Assembly: GCA_964648095.1 (NCBI GenBank)
Contig: CAZYNY010000003.1
Location: forward strand, 1 to 58,530
DNA: 58,530 bases
Source of the DNA: an uncultured Nitrospirota bacterium
Lineage (GTDB): Bacteria; Nitrospirota; Nitrospiria; JACRHA01
Direction of reading: 5' to 3'
The notes under the pieces are model-generated. The model had not been told where the DNA came from. It searched no databases and was given only the letters and a program-made list of their open reading frames with translations. Every line of letters begins with the position of its first letter. Position 1 is the first letter of the stretch. The translations under genes were made by a program, and so were the position numbers. Of the stretch, positions 28,545-36,127 are shown piece by piece.

Positions 28545-28667
28545 GACTTACCTGATCTGATCCTGCAATCTTTCCAAGCACGCCCTTAAGTGGAGGATAC
28601 GTCCTTTTTAGCCCTTTTGCTGTCAACATGATTTTTCAACTTTGGGCACAAATAAGTATAGTGCCCC

Positions 28668-28859
28668 CTATAATTCGTATTTCCTTTCCTGTACCTTTTT
28701 CTCCGCCTCCTCCTGTGAGATCACATGTCCTTCTTTAATTGCCTGCAGGCCTTTTTCAATCTTCTCACGGACATAAAGATGGTAGTGTATGTCTTCCAAT
28801 GTTGAATCTTCAGGAAGCCCCTTGATCAGTTCAATGATTTGTTCTTTTATGGGACTCAT
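28668..28859 (-). CDS. Small antitoxin-like protein (63 aa), no cognate toxin
   Basis: LPEDSTLEDIHYHLYVREKIEKGLQAIKEGHVISQEEAEKKV. I recall this pattern from addiction-module antitoxin components; the call is from memory only. Confidence 0.5.
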   Translation of the reverse strand: MSPIKEQIIELIKGLPEDSTLEDIHYHLYVREKIEKGLQAIKEGHVISQEEAEKKVQERKYEL

Positions 28860-28868
28860 ATTCAGCGC

Positions 28869-29114
28869 TCACAGCTTCCTCTTAAGAATAGACGATGCCA
28901 ATTCTTTTCTGACAGATTTCAGTTCCTTCTCTATAGCAAGCTTTTCAAATCCCTTATTAGCCCAAATCCCCTCAAGCTTGATGACATTTTTCTTTTTTAC
29001 ATTTGTCCTGGACAAGATAAAATCTATAAAGTCCTTGACCTCCTCCAATTTCTCGTCAGGAAGCAAAGTCAACTCTTTAGAAATCTCGGTTAGCTTTAGA
29101 GATGTGTTATACAT
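28869..29114 (-). CDS. DUF2281-like antitoxin-type protein (81 aa)
   Basis: LPDEKLEEVKDFIDFILSR resembles the DUF2281 signature. Strong SD AGAGGAGG upstream. Confidence 0.5.
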   Translation of the reverse strand: MYNTSLKLTEISKELTLLPDEKLEEVKDFIDFILSRTNVKKKNVIKLEGIWANKGFEKLAIEKELKSVRKELASSILKRKL

Positions 29115-29228
29115 ATACGCCTCCTCTAATTATATTTACGTCTTTTTTCTTTTTTTTATTCTAATAGAGAAACTATAGCAAACGCAAGAATTTTAGTTAC
29201 ATGTTAGCGGAATGTGCAATCTAATTTA

Positions 29229-29304
29229 AAATCCCCCTTGACCCCTCTTTACAAAGAGGGGAATATCTGTTCCCCATTTACCAAAGGGGGATGAAGGGGG
29301 ATTT
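29229..29304. repeat. Nested double-hairpin repeat (family D, copy 1)
   Basis: Outer stem AAATCCCCCTT (29229-29239) pairs with AAGGGGGATTT (29294-29304). It encloses two hairpins, CCCCTCTTT-aca-AAGAGGGG and TCCCC-N11-GGGGA. Confidence 0.8.
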
Positions 29305-29331
29305 GAATGCAACTTTGCATAAAACCTTCTT

Positions 29332-29370
29332 CATCGATTTTACCCCCTTTTTTCCAATCCGATTAGTTAT
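29332..29370 (-). repeat. Duplicated gene leader (family F, copy 1) with 18-codon stub ORF
   Basis: On the minus strand, ATAACTAATCGGATTGGAAAAAAGGGGGTAAAATCGATG matches the leader, SD and ATG of the 157-aa gene at 30602-30634. The stub reads MKKVLCKVAFKSPFIPLW. Confidence 0.7.
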
Positions 29371-29395
29371 TAATGGTCTCATAATAGCATAGACA

Positions 29396-29706
29396 TTAAG
29401 CTGCATACTTAGTCGTCGAGCCGTTGAAGTAGGAGCGCACACGGTAGGCGACTTCTGGATATAACACAAATGACTTACCACCGCACCATGCAATTGTTTG
29501 GGACTCATGATGGCACTTCGGCCAATGGCATTGTTTTTCAGGTCATTTAAAACCCGTTCATCAGGATTTAGTTCGGGAGAATAGGGTGGAAGAAAGAACA
29601 ATCGAAAGCGATCTTTAATCGTCTCAATAAACTTGGAAACGCTGCGAGCCTTATGCACAGCATCATAAATAATGCAGCATAATATTATTGACTTATAGCG
29701 TCCTTC
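29396..29706 (-). pseudogene. IS630-family transposase remnant (5'-truncated, frameshifted)
   Basis: CIIYDAVHKARSV...FLPPYSPELNPDERVLNDLK is the C-terminal DDE region of IS630/Tc1-like transposases. The expected C-terminus AYRVRSYFNGSTTKYAA-stop is present only in a shifted frame, with TAA at 29396-29398. The N-terminal ~200 aa are absent. Confidence 0.75.
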
Positions 29707-29761
29707 TTAATATGAGTCGTCATGTATAGACAGGCTTAGAATCCCTTTCATGTTCACAGGA

Positions 29762-30085
29762 TTACCACTTAATTAATGAAACCTCGATCTTATACTCACC
29801 TTCCTCTTTACCCGCGGCCCTGTCACTGAACGTATCGAACTTAACGTCCTTTGCAGAGTCTTTGTCTCCTAGGTCAAGTTCCGAGTAACTGAATGACCTA
29901 GAGCTCATGGCTATTACAATCATTAAAACCACTGTCACGGCGCTTACGGCGAGTATTTTGTCTGCCGCGTCAGACCCGGCTCCGGCCCTGCCCTTAGACG
30001 GCGAAAGGGCCAGGAAGCAGATGATTAAAAAGGATACTACCATGTACCTTATGATCGTTTTAGTTGTTTTCAATACCTTCTTCAT
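29762..30085 (-). CDS. Small two-TM protein ending in SLIKW (107 aa from ATG 30085)
   Basis: MKKVLKTTKTIIRYMVVSFLIICFLALSPSKGRA is signal-like. A second TM is ILAVSAVTVVLMIVIAM, followed by a polar tail that ends EYKIEVSLIKW. GGAGGGA SD lies 8 nt before ATG 30085. It is a paralogue of the upstream gene. Confidence 0.6.
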   Translation of the reverse strand: MKKVLKTTKTIIRYMVVSFLIICFLALSPSKGRAGAGSDAADKILAVSAVTVVLMIVIAMSSRSFSYSELDLGDKDSAKDVKFDTFSDRAAGKEEGEYKIEVSLIKW

Positions 30086-30130
30086 AAAAGCGTATCCCTC
30101 CAACAGTGTTGTTTGAAACATACAATCGGC

Positions 30131-30604
30131 CTACCACCTGATAAGGGCTATCTCTCCAGGATTCTTGGTTTGAGGTTCGGTGGAATGCTCGGTTGAATCC
30201 TGATTCTTATCTAGGCTAGATACCTTAGACGGCGAATGCATTATATAGTAAGCTATAAAAATGCCAGCCAGCAGCAATATGCTTCCTACTATCACAGCGT
30301 TGTTGGTCTTATCCACCTTATCCCCTACCACTTCATCAAATGTGGGAGAGTCCGGAACTATTCTTGTAGCCTCTGATGGGCTTGTAACGAAAAGGGAAAA
30401 GGCTATAACCATAACAACGACAATCATATTTTTTACAGGTGCGATATTCATAGTCCAGATAGACTCTGCTTTATTTCGATCCTTACGAAAAAGGTCAGTT
30501 TTTATACCTCCCGTCACCCATCCCCTCAAGATACCCGCCTTGCTTTTAAACCTGTCAACTTCATTCATGAAAAAATACTTTACCATTGGGACTATCTTTT
30601 CCAT
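30131..30604 (-). CDS. Small two-TM protein ending in ALIRW (157 aa)
   Basis: TM MIVVVMVIAFSLFVTSPSEA, second TM AVIVGSILLLAGIFIAYYIM, and a polar tail that ends NPGEIALIRW. AAGGAGGG SD upstream. Confidence 0.6.
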   Translation of the reverse strand: MEKIVPMVKYFFMNEVDRFKSKAGILRGWVTGGIKTDLFRKDRNKAESIWTMNIAPVKNMIVVVMVIAFSLFVTSPSEATRIVPDSPTFDEVVGDKVDKTNNAVIVGSILLLAGIFIAYYIMHSPSKVSSLDKNQDSTEHSTEPQTKNPGEIALIRW

Positions 30605-30634
30605 CTTACCCTCCTTTTCAATCCGATTAGTTAT
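30602..30634 (-). repeat. Duplicated gene leader (family F, copy 2)
   Basis: CAATCCGATTAGTTAT (30619-30634) is identical to 29355-29370. Homology extends through the SD to the ATG. Confidence 0.7.
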
Positions 30635-30656
30635 CTGCTAATAATCAAAAAATCTC

Positions 30657-31907
30657 TCATTGACAATCCTCTACTTTAAGGAGATTTGAGCCATCGATAT
30701 CCGAGTAGTAGAAATACCCGTCCTTGTCAAACCCAAACAAAGTAGGAGTAGCTCCCGCCGGGGGGTTAAGCGTACAAACAGGGGAGCCATCTATTGGGCT
30801 GTAAAATATGCCGCTAGTAGGTGAATACAGGTTGTTATATGGATTCCACGGATACCATTCCCTCGGTAATACCGAGGAGAGGTCCCTGACCGGAGAACCA
30901 TCTATTGATTTATTAATAATGACATGATCTGAGAAATCTGTCTGGTCTTGATATGTGTAAAGGACCTCTGTTCCATCATTTTTCCAGCTATAATTGTGTA
31001 TGTCAGAGTTAAGAGGTCCGAAGATGGCGGTCTTATTTGAACCGTCTGCATTATAGATATCTGCCTTGTTCTGCCCCAGGTTCCCTGTTGCGGAAGAATG
31101 TGTCAGGATTTTGGTTTTATCCGGGGAGTATATGAATAATAAACCAAACTCCCACCCTGTATCAGGCGATATGAAATCTTCTTCAATAGCATTAATAACA
31201 TCCGGGTTTATCTTCTTTATGGCGCCATTCCTTATAAAAACGACCTTGTTGTTATCAGGAGAAAAGGAGGTGGTTTTGCTGGATGCCCCTGTCACAACAG
31301 TTGAAATGGTATTGGTATCAACGTGATAGATATAGATGTTATAATTATTGGCGCTAATCTCTACTGAATAGAGGATCTCATTATTATTCCTTATGCCCAT
31401 GCCAGACGCACTGCCTGCGGTGACATTATCTTTTATTTTTTTAAAGCCCGTTCCGTCTGAATAGATGTAATAGAGATTCACATTGTTTTCGGTGTCTGTC
31501 CCATTATTTTCAAAAAGAGATACGATATCTCCGATTTTGCTAAAGGTTGCAGTGCAGGTCCTGGCGGCGCTCATGGTTAGGGTGGCAGAGGGGCTTGTCC
31601 CGCTACAATCCCCGCTCCAGCTTGCGAAAGTAGAACCCGTATCCGCAGCAGCAGTCAGTGTGACTATCTGATTGTTTGAATAGGACTCCAAACAATCCGC
31701 CCCGCAGTTTATCCCGGCCGGCGAGGAGGTTATTGTTCCACCCCCTGTTCCAGCCTTGGCCACGGCCAAGCTATAGGTCGTATTGCCTCCTCCGCCCCCA
31801 TCGCCACCACCACCTCCGCAGGCAGTCAGTAAGATTGATAAGGTAATAATAAAGGCGAGAAACATATTGCTGGAAAATATCTGTTTTCCTCCCAATACCT
31901 TTTTCAT
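30657..31907 (-). CDS. Lipoprotein: poly-Gly linker, divergent InlB B-repeat-like domain, TolB/PD40-like beta-propeller
   Basis: Start at ATG 31907 behind TAAGGAGGGG. MKKVLGGKQIFSSNMFLAFIITLSILLTAC lipobox, then GGGGGDGGGGG. The segment SSPAGINCGADCLESYSNNQIVTLTAAADTGSTFASWSGDCSG...CTATF resembles the divergent InlB B-repeat domain. PD40-like repeats follow (SPDNNKVVF, SPDKTKILTHS, KNDGTEVLYTY). Confidence 0.7.
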   Translation of the reverse strand: MKKVLGGKQIFSSNMFLAFIITLSILLTACGGGGGDGGGGGNTTYSLAVAKAGTGGGTITSSPAGINCGADCLESYSNNQIVTLTAAADTGSTFASWSGDCSGTSPSATLTMSAARTCTATFSKIGDIVSLFENNGTDTENNVNLYYIYSDGTGFKKIKDNVTAGSASGMGIRNNNEILYSVEISANNYNIYIYHVDTNTISTVVTGASSKTTSFSPDNNKVVFIRNGAIKKINPDVINAIEEDFISPDTGWEFGLLFIYSPDKTKILTHSSATGNLGQNKADIYNADGSNKTAIFGPLNSDIHNYSWKNDGTEVLYTYQDQTDFSDHVIINKSIDGSPVRDLSSVLPREWYPWNPYNNLYSPTSGIFYSPIDGSPVCTLNPPAGATPTLFGFDKDGYFYYSDIDGSNLLKVEDCQ

Positions 31908-31977
31908 AAGCCCCTCCTTAATGTCTTGATGTCTTTGTGGACTTGACTTACATGGTTCCATAATATATAAATTAATT

Positions 31978-32229
31978 ATGCACCTTAATAACGAAATCAA
32001 AACCTCTCTGAAGCGTGAGTACATACTGTGCTCAAATGCTATAGCCTTTTACAAAAAAAACCTGAAAGAATTTGAACAAAAATACCATCTCAGCACCCAA
32101 ACCTTTCTAAAAAGGTTTGAAGCAGGTCAGATGGGAGATGAGGCAGATTACTTTGATTGGTATGCCTTTGCAAAGCTCTTTGCTCAGTGGCAAAAAACAC
32201 AATCTGCCCTCCGCTCCGCTGTCCGATGA
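31978..32229 (+). CDS. Small antitoxin-like protein paired with a DUF6516-like gene (TumA-like?)
   Basis: 83 aa. ATGA stop/start overlap with the next gene. TTGACT-17-TATAAA promoter-like motif upstream. Confidence 0.5.
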   Translation: MHLNNEIKTSLKREYILCSNAIAFYKKNLKEFEQKYHLSTQTFLKRFEAGQMGDEADYFDWYAFAKLFAQWQKTQSALRSAVR

Positions 32230-32606
32230 TACATAAATTTGTAGAAAATATTGAAAAGATCATTGCCTCAAGCCCTGTCATCCTATCTTCAAATATCCAA
32301 AAACAGATTGGTCCGCAAAGCGAAACAGTTTATTTAAAAGGGAGTCTCCTATTCATAGATTTTTCCATGCTGGAGATTGCAATCTTTGCCAATAATATCC
32401 AAAATAAAGTATCTGTCGACAAATACAGGTTTCAATACATGGACAAAGAAGGTCAGATGATCTTTCGCTATGATAATGCACCCCATCATCCTGAAATACC
32501 TTCTTTTCCACATCACTGTCATACATCAAATAAAAAAGTTCCATCAAATATGCCATCCTTAAAAGATGTTCTAAACGAGATTACTGCAATAATTATTAGG
32601 AAATAA
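32226..32606 (+). CDS. DUF6516 / TumE-like putative toxin
   Basis: FRYDNAPHHPEIPSFPHHCH is the motif I associate with the DUF6516 (TumE) family. Start at ATG 32226 (MIHKFVENIEK), not the ORF-track 32157. Confidence 0.55.
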   Translation: MIHKFVENIEKIIASSPVILSSNIQKQIGPQSETVYLKGSLLFIDFSMLEIAIFANNIQNKVSVDKYRFQYMDKEGQMIFRYDNAPHHPEIPSFPHHCHTSNKKVPSNMPSLKDVLNEITAIIIRK

Positions 32607-32622
32607 ATCAGCGTATCTTCTC

Positions 32623-33261
32623 TTATAGAACCCCCTCCTTTTTAGCCTTCATCACCGCCTCCACCTTTGAGTGGACATGGAGCTTATCGTAGATGTTTTT
32701 CAAATGGGTCCTCACTGTATGGGGGCTGATAAAAAGCCTGTCTGCAAGCCTTTTATCAGTTAGGCCGTCTGCAATACCATTTAATATCTCGCATTCCCTT
32801 TCTGTAAGCGACCGGTCTTTCTCCCGGTCATGCACCCATATCCCGTTAAAATAATCAACTACATACCTTGCAACCTTTGGCGACATGGGAGAACCATGGT
32901 TGTAGACCTCTTCTATGGCCTCTATAATCTCAGAAGGCGTGGAGTCTTTAAGGAGGTACCCTGATGCGCCCGCCTTAAGGGCTGCAAAAAGGTTATTCTT
33001 GTCCTCTTCAACCGTGAGAACGATTATCTCCAGGTCAGGAAGGCTGTCTGCTAATCCCCTTATTACCTCAATCCCTGAAATCTCAGGGAGTCCGAGGTCT
33101 AAAAGAACAACCTCTGGTCTGACATATGGTATCTCCTTTAAGGCTGATTCACCTGACGTAAATCCTCCCACAACTAAAATGGTCTCTGTCCTGTTCAACA
33201 AGGCGGACAGACTGTTTAATGTCTCTATGTGATCCTCTACTATGGCTACTTTAATAGGCAT
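32623..33261 (-). CDS. NarL/LuxR-family response regulator
   Basis: REC domain (VAIVEDH...VVLLDLGLPEISG) plus a LuxR helix-turn-helix (LTERECEILNGIADGLTDKRLADRLFISPHTVRTHLKNIYDKL). Confidence 0.92.
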   Translation of the reverse strand: MPIKVAIVEDHIETLNSLSALLNRTETILVVGGFTSGESALKEIPYVRPEVVLLDLGLPEISGIEVIRGLADSLPDLEIIVLTVEEDKNNLFAALKAGASGYLLKDSTPSEIIEAIEEVYNHGSPMSPKVARYVVDYFNGIWVHDREKDRSLTERECEILNGIADGLTDKRLADRLFISPHTVRTHLKNIYDKLHVHSKVEAVMKAKKEGVL

Positions 33262-33302
33262 AATGGCTCAATCATAGACTTTCTTTTTAACTTGTCGATA
33301 CC

Positions 33303-34952
33303 TCAAATAAGGTATTTTTGAGGGATAAAAAGGTCTATCTCTGTACCTTTTCCATGACATGAATATATGTTAAGAATCCCTCCTGTTGCCTCTCCCCTTT
33401 TTTTCATGTTCTTAAGTCCATAGGCCTCCTCTTTCCTGATTGATGGATTAAAACCAAGGCCATTATCTGCTATCAGCATCTTTAATCCTGTCTCATCGAA
33501 AGAGAGATCTACTGCCACCCTATTAGCCTTTGAATGCTTAATGATATTTGTCATTGCCTCTTTGTATATGCTAAAGATGTTAAAACGGAGGCTGGTATTA
33601 AGCCGGCATGTCCCGGGATAGGGAGAGGACCGGTATTCTACTTCTATATCAAAGGGGCTTACGTGCCTTATAGTATAGGACTTGAGGTGAGAGAGGAGAT
33701 CATCAGGGGTCTCTTCGCCTGTATCAATCGCCCACATAAAGTCCCTCAATTCTCCTATGTTCTTTAGGGCTGTATTTTTTATTGTTGTAATTGCCTCCTT
33801 TACCTTTTGAGGGTCAGTAGATAAGGATTGCTCCGCTATCTCGCTCAAGCATCTGACATTTGTAAGGTCATTTGCCAGATTGTCGTGAAGCTCCTGTCTT
33901 ATACGTTCCTTCTCCTTCTGTAAATCCCTCTCCATTCCCACCTTATCCTCATAAAGTCTTAGGTTCTCCATCGCAGACGGCAAGGCAAAGGGAAGGACAA
34001 GGGAAAAGAGGGCAAAATAGGTGAACGGCATTGACGTGCCCCCCAGTATACCAGGGAGGAGATGCAATAGTATAAAGACAATGCCTGCCATCAACGGGGC
34101 AAGCAGGCTTAGGGTGATCTGCCTTCTTAAAAAGGTGTCCCCCTCCTTTAAGAGGGAGTGGATAAATGCGCCAAGCATAATGATTATCCAGAAGACAAGG
34201 AAGGGGAAGGTAGAGGCAAAGGCAGTAATTCCGGCTAAATAAAGTACGGCGGTAAGGAAGGCATATCCATAAAGGAAAATATAAGGTAAATAAGGATGCC
34301 TCTTGACTATCTCCTTTGGCCTCGGGAAAAGAAAGGCAAAATGGACAAGGGTTATCAAACCGCCCGCAGCTATATAATCAAGGTCTGCAAGGAGCCTGAA
34401 GTAGAAAGGGATAAGTGTTATTGACCTGCTCACAATGGGCGCTGAACTTATAAGGTAGAGGCCCCCGAAGATGAGAAAATAGCTTAAGACCAGACCTGCT
34501 TCGGAACGGTGTTTTCTGAAGACAGTTATTGCGCTTATAATGTATATCAGACCGGAGAGATAAATAAGGCCCGTGTCTTTTATTACATCTATAAATGTTG
34601 GGTAACCTACCTTGCCATTAATCCTTTGAATATTGCCTGCCCTGTCGGCAAATTCGATGGTGACAGGGTTATTTTCCGCCAGTATCCTGTAAATTTGATC
34701 ATGCAATCGCCACCACCTAGCCTCTTCCCCGGCGAAAAAGAACTCAGGGAGCCTGCTAAAAAAAGAAGGGTCGAGCCTTATACCATTTATACTTTTTATG
34801 ACGTATTCCAAAGGGGGTAAAGATCCTGTATCAAATATAAGAGTAGGTGTATCCCAGAGGGCATAGATACCAAGGATACCGGTTGAGATATTGATAAAGA
34901 CCGGTATGGCAAAACCCCTTGGATCCTTTAATATTTTCAATATCCGGCTCAT
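33303..34952 (-). CDS. Multi-TM sensor histidine kinase (HisKA_3 + HATPase_c)
   Basis: About 8 predicted TMs, H-box ELHDNLANDLT, and a C-terminal ATPase domain (ADNGLGF...GLKNMKKR). Confidence 0.88.
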   Translation of the reverse strand: MSRILKILKDPRGFAIPVFINISTGILGIYALWDTPTLIFDTGSLPPLEYVIKSINGIRLDPSFFSRLPEFFFAGEEARWWRLHDQIYRILAENNPVTIEFADRAGNIQRINGKVGYPTFIDVIKDTGLIYLSGLIYIISAITVFRKHRSEAGLVLSYFLIFGGLYLISSAPIVSRSITLIPFYFRLLADLDYIAAGGLITLVHFAFLFPRPKEIVKRHPYLPYIFLYGYAFLTAVLYLAGITAFASTFPFLVFWIIIMLGAFIHSLLKEGDTFLRRQITLSLLAPLMAGIVFILLHLLPGILGGTSMPFTYFALFSLVLPFALPSAMENLRLYEDKVGMERDLQKEKERIRQELHDNLANDLTNVRCLSEIAEQSLSTDPQKVKEAITTIKNTALKNIGELRDFMWAIDTGEETPDDLLSHLKSYTIRHVSPFDIEVEYRSSPYPGTCRLNTSLRFNIFSIYKEAMTNIIKHSKANRVAVDLSFDETGLKMLIADNGLGFNPSIRKEEAYGLKNMKKRGEATGGILNIYSCHGKGTEIDLFIPQKYLI

Positions 34953-35033
34953 AATGGGCAGGATTATAACACACAGGTGGATACGATTGGGAAATAATTG
35001 TAGGTAATTCCGAATGGTTATTTGGAGACTATT

Positions 35034-35070
35034 GACCTGTAAAAGACCTCTGTTTTTGGAGAGGGAACCA
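35034..35070. repeat. 37-nt direct repeat (family E, copy 1)
   Basis: GACCTGTAAAAGACCTCTGTTTTTGGAGAGGGAACCA matches 35715-35751 at 35 of 37 positions. Confidence 0.85.
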
Positions 35071-35212
35071 CCTCAAGGAGAGAATGAAGGGTATTTTTCA
35101 AACGGATGCAGACTGCTATTGAGGCTCCTAATACGTCCGGTGCTCTTCCGGCTACTCATTGACTTTTCATGCGTATTTTGTTACCTTCTCAATAACCTAC
35201 AAGAGGTATCCT

Positions 35213-35419
35213 ATGTACCCAAAATTAAAAACCACTATAATCAAAAAAACCCCAAAGAGCATCTGCCTTGAAATACAAAAAGAGGATTTTGAAGCCTTTT
35301 GCGCGGCCGCAGGGCTATATCGCAAAGAATTCCTCAAGTTCCTTGAAATATCTGAAAAGGATCATCAAGAGGGCCGGGTAACTAAAAGGGAGTCCTTATC
35401 CGAACTTATTAAAAAATGA
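35213..35419 (+). CDS. Antitoxin partner of RelE/ParE-family toxin
   Basis: 68 aa from ATG 35213 (MYPKLKTTIIKK...). 4-nt overlap with the toxin gene. Confidence 0.65.
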   Translation: MYPKLKTTIIKKTPKSICLEIQKEDFEAFCAAAGLYRKEFLKFLEISEKDHQEGRVTKRESLSELIKK

Positions 35420-35694
35420 TTGAGATCTCAACAACGGCTACCTTTGATAAGCTCTTTATCGATCTCCCCAAGACCATTCAACTAAAAGCTGTAAAAAGAA
35501 CTGAGTTCTTCAAGGTCAATCCTTTCCATCCTTCATTGCATACTGAGAAACTACATCCAAAGGGACATCAAGTCTGGAGCTTTCGGGTTGATATCTCCTA
35601 TCGGATTATCTTCAAATTTGTTGGACCTAATAAAGCTGAATTACGCTATATAGGCCACCATGACCGGATTTATGACTACGACATCTTTAAATAA
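35416..35694 (+). CDS. RelE/ParE-superfamily toxin (YafQ/RelE-like mRNA interferase)
   Basis: FDKLFIDLPKTIQLKAVKRTEFFKVNPFHPSLHTEKLHPKGHQVWSFRVDISYRIIFKF...LRYIGHHDRIY. Confidence 0.8.
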   Translation: MIEISTTATFDKLFIDLPKTIQLKAVKRTEFFKVNPFHPSLHTEKLHPKGHQVWSFRVDISYRIIFKFVGPNKAELRYIGHHDRIYDYDIFK

Positions 35695-35714
35695 GTGGTT
35701 GTATGTCCTGCATA

Positions 35715-35751
35715 GACCTGTAAAAGACCTTTGTTTTTGGAGAGGGGACCA
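35715..35751. repeat. 37-nt direct repeat (family E, copy 2)
   Basis: GACCTGTAAAAGACCTTTGTTTTTGGAGAGGGGACCA. See copy 1. Confidence 0.85.
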
Positions 35752-35823
35752 TATCAAAAAAGGCGGGAAGGGTCAGGTTGCCCTGCATCCTCCGGTTGCT
35801 CGAACAAAATAAATTCGAATTGT

Positions 35824-35860
35824 TGACAATCATTAGCATTATAATTATACTTATAATTAG
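35824..35860 (+). promoter_or_regulatory. Sigma70-like promoter with direct-repeat operator for the vapBC module
   Basis: TTGACA (35824-35829), 17 nt, TATACT (35847-35852). TTATAATTA occurs twice (35840-35848 and 35852-35860), overlapping the -10. Confidence 0.45.
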
Positions 35861-35875
35861 ATGGAGGTGATTGGC

Positions 35876-36127
35876 ATGGCAATGACTAAAAAGATACAAT
35901 TCCATTTCCCTGATGACCTGCTTATGGAGATGGACATGGAGGCCAAAAGGGAAAGTATATCCATGGCCGAACTGGTAAGAAGGGCGGTAGAGAAATATCT
36001 GAAGATCTCTAAGGGTGACAGCAACCGCTGGAAAAATGACCCGCTTAACAAGGCTATAGGATCTTTTGATGGAGAGAAAGGGCTCTCAAAGAGGGTTGAT
36101 TATTACCTTTACGGCATAAAGAAATGA
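35876..36127 (+). CDS. CopG/RHH-family antitoxin (VapB-like)
   Basis: MAMTKKIQFHFPDDLLMEMDMEAKRESISMAELVRRAVEKYL, a ribbon-helix-helix pattern. Overlaps the PIN gene by 4 nt. Confidence 0.8.
   Translation: MAMTKKIQFHFPDDLLMEMDMEAKRESISMAELVRRAVEKYLKISKGDSNRWKNDPLNKAIGSFDGEKGLSKRVDYYLYGIKK

Noticed and set aside
28545-28667. Possible toxin-gene remnant downstream of the orphan antitoxin-like ORFs.
   Set aside because: All three minus-strand frames give only short peptides (for example MLTAKGLKRTYPPLKGVLGKIAGSDQ...) with no RelE/ParE/PIN-like motif. I cannot support a pseudogene call.
35034-35751. Whether the 37-nt direct repeats flanking relBE are integron attC sites.
   Set aside because: No intI gene is in the window. 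There are no RYYYAAC / GTTRRRY core sites at the repeat ends, and the repeats lack the long imperfect palindrome of attC.
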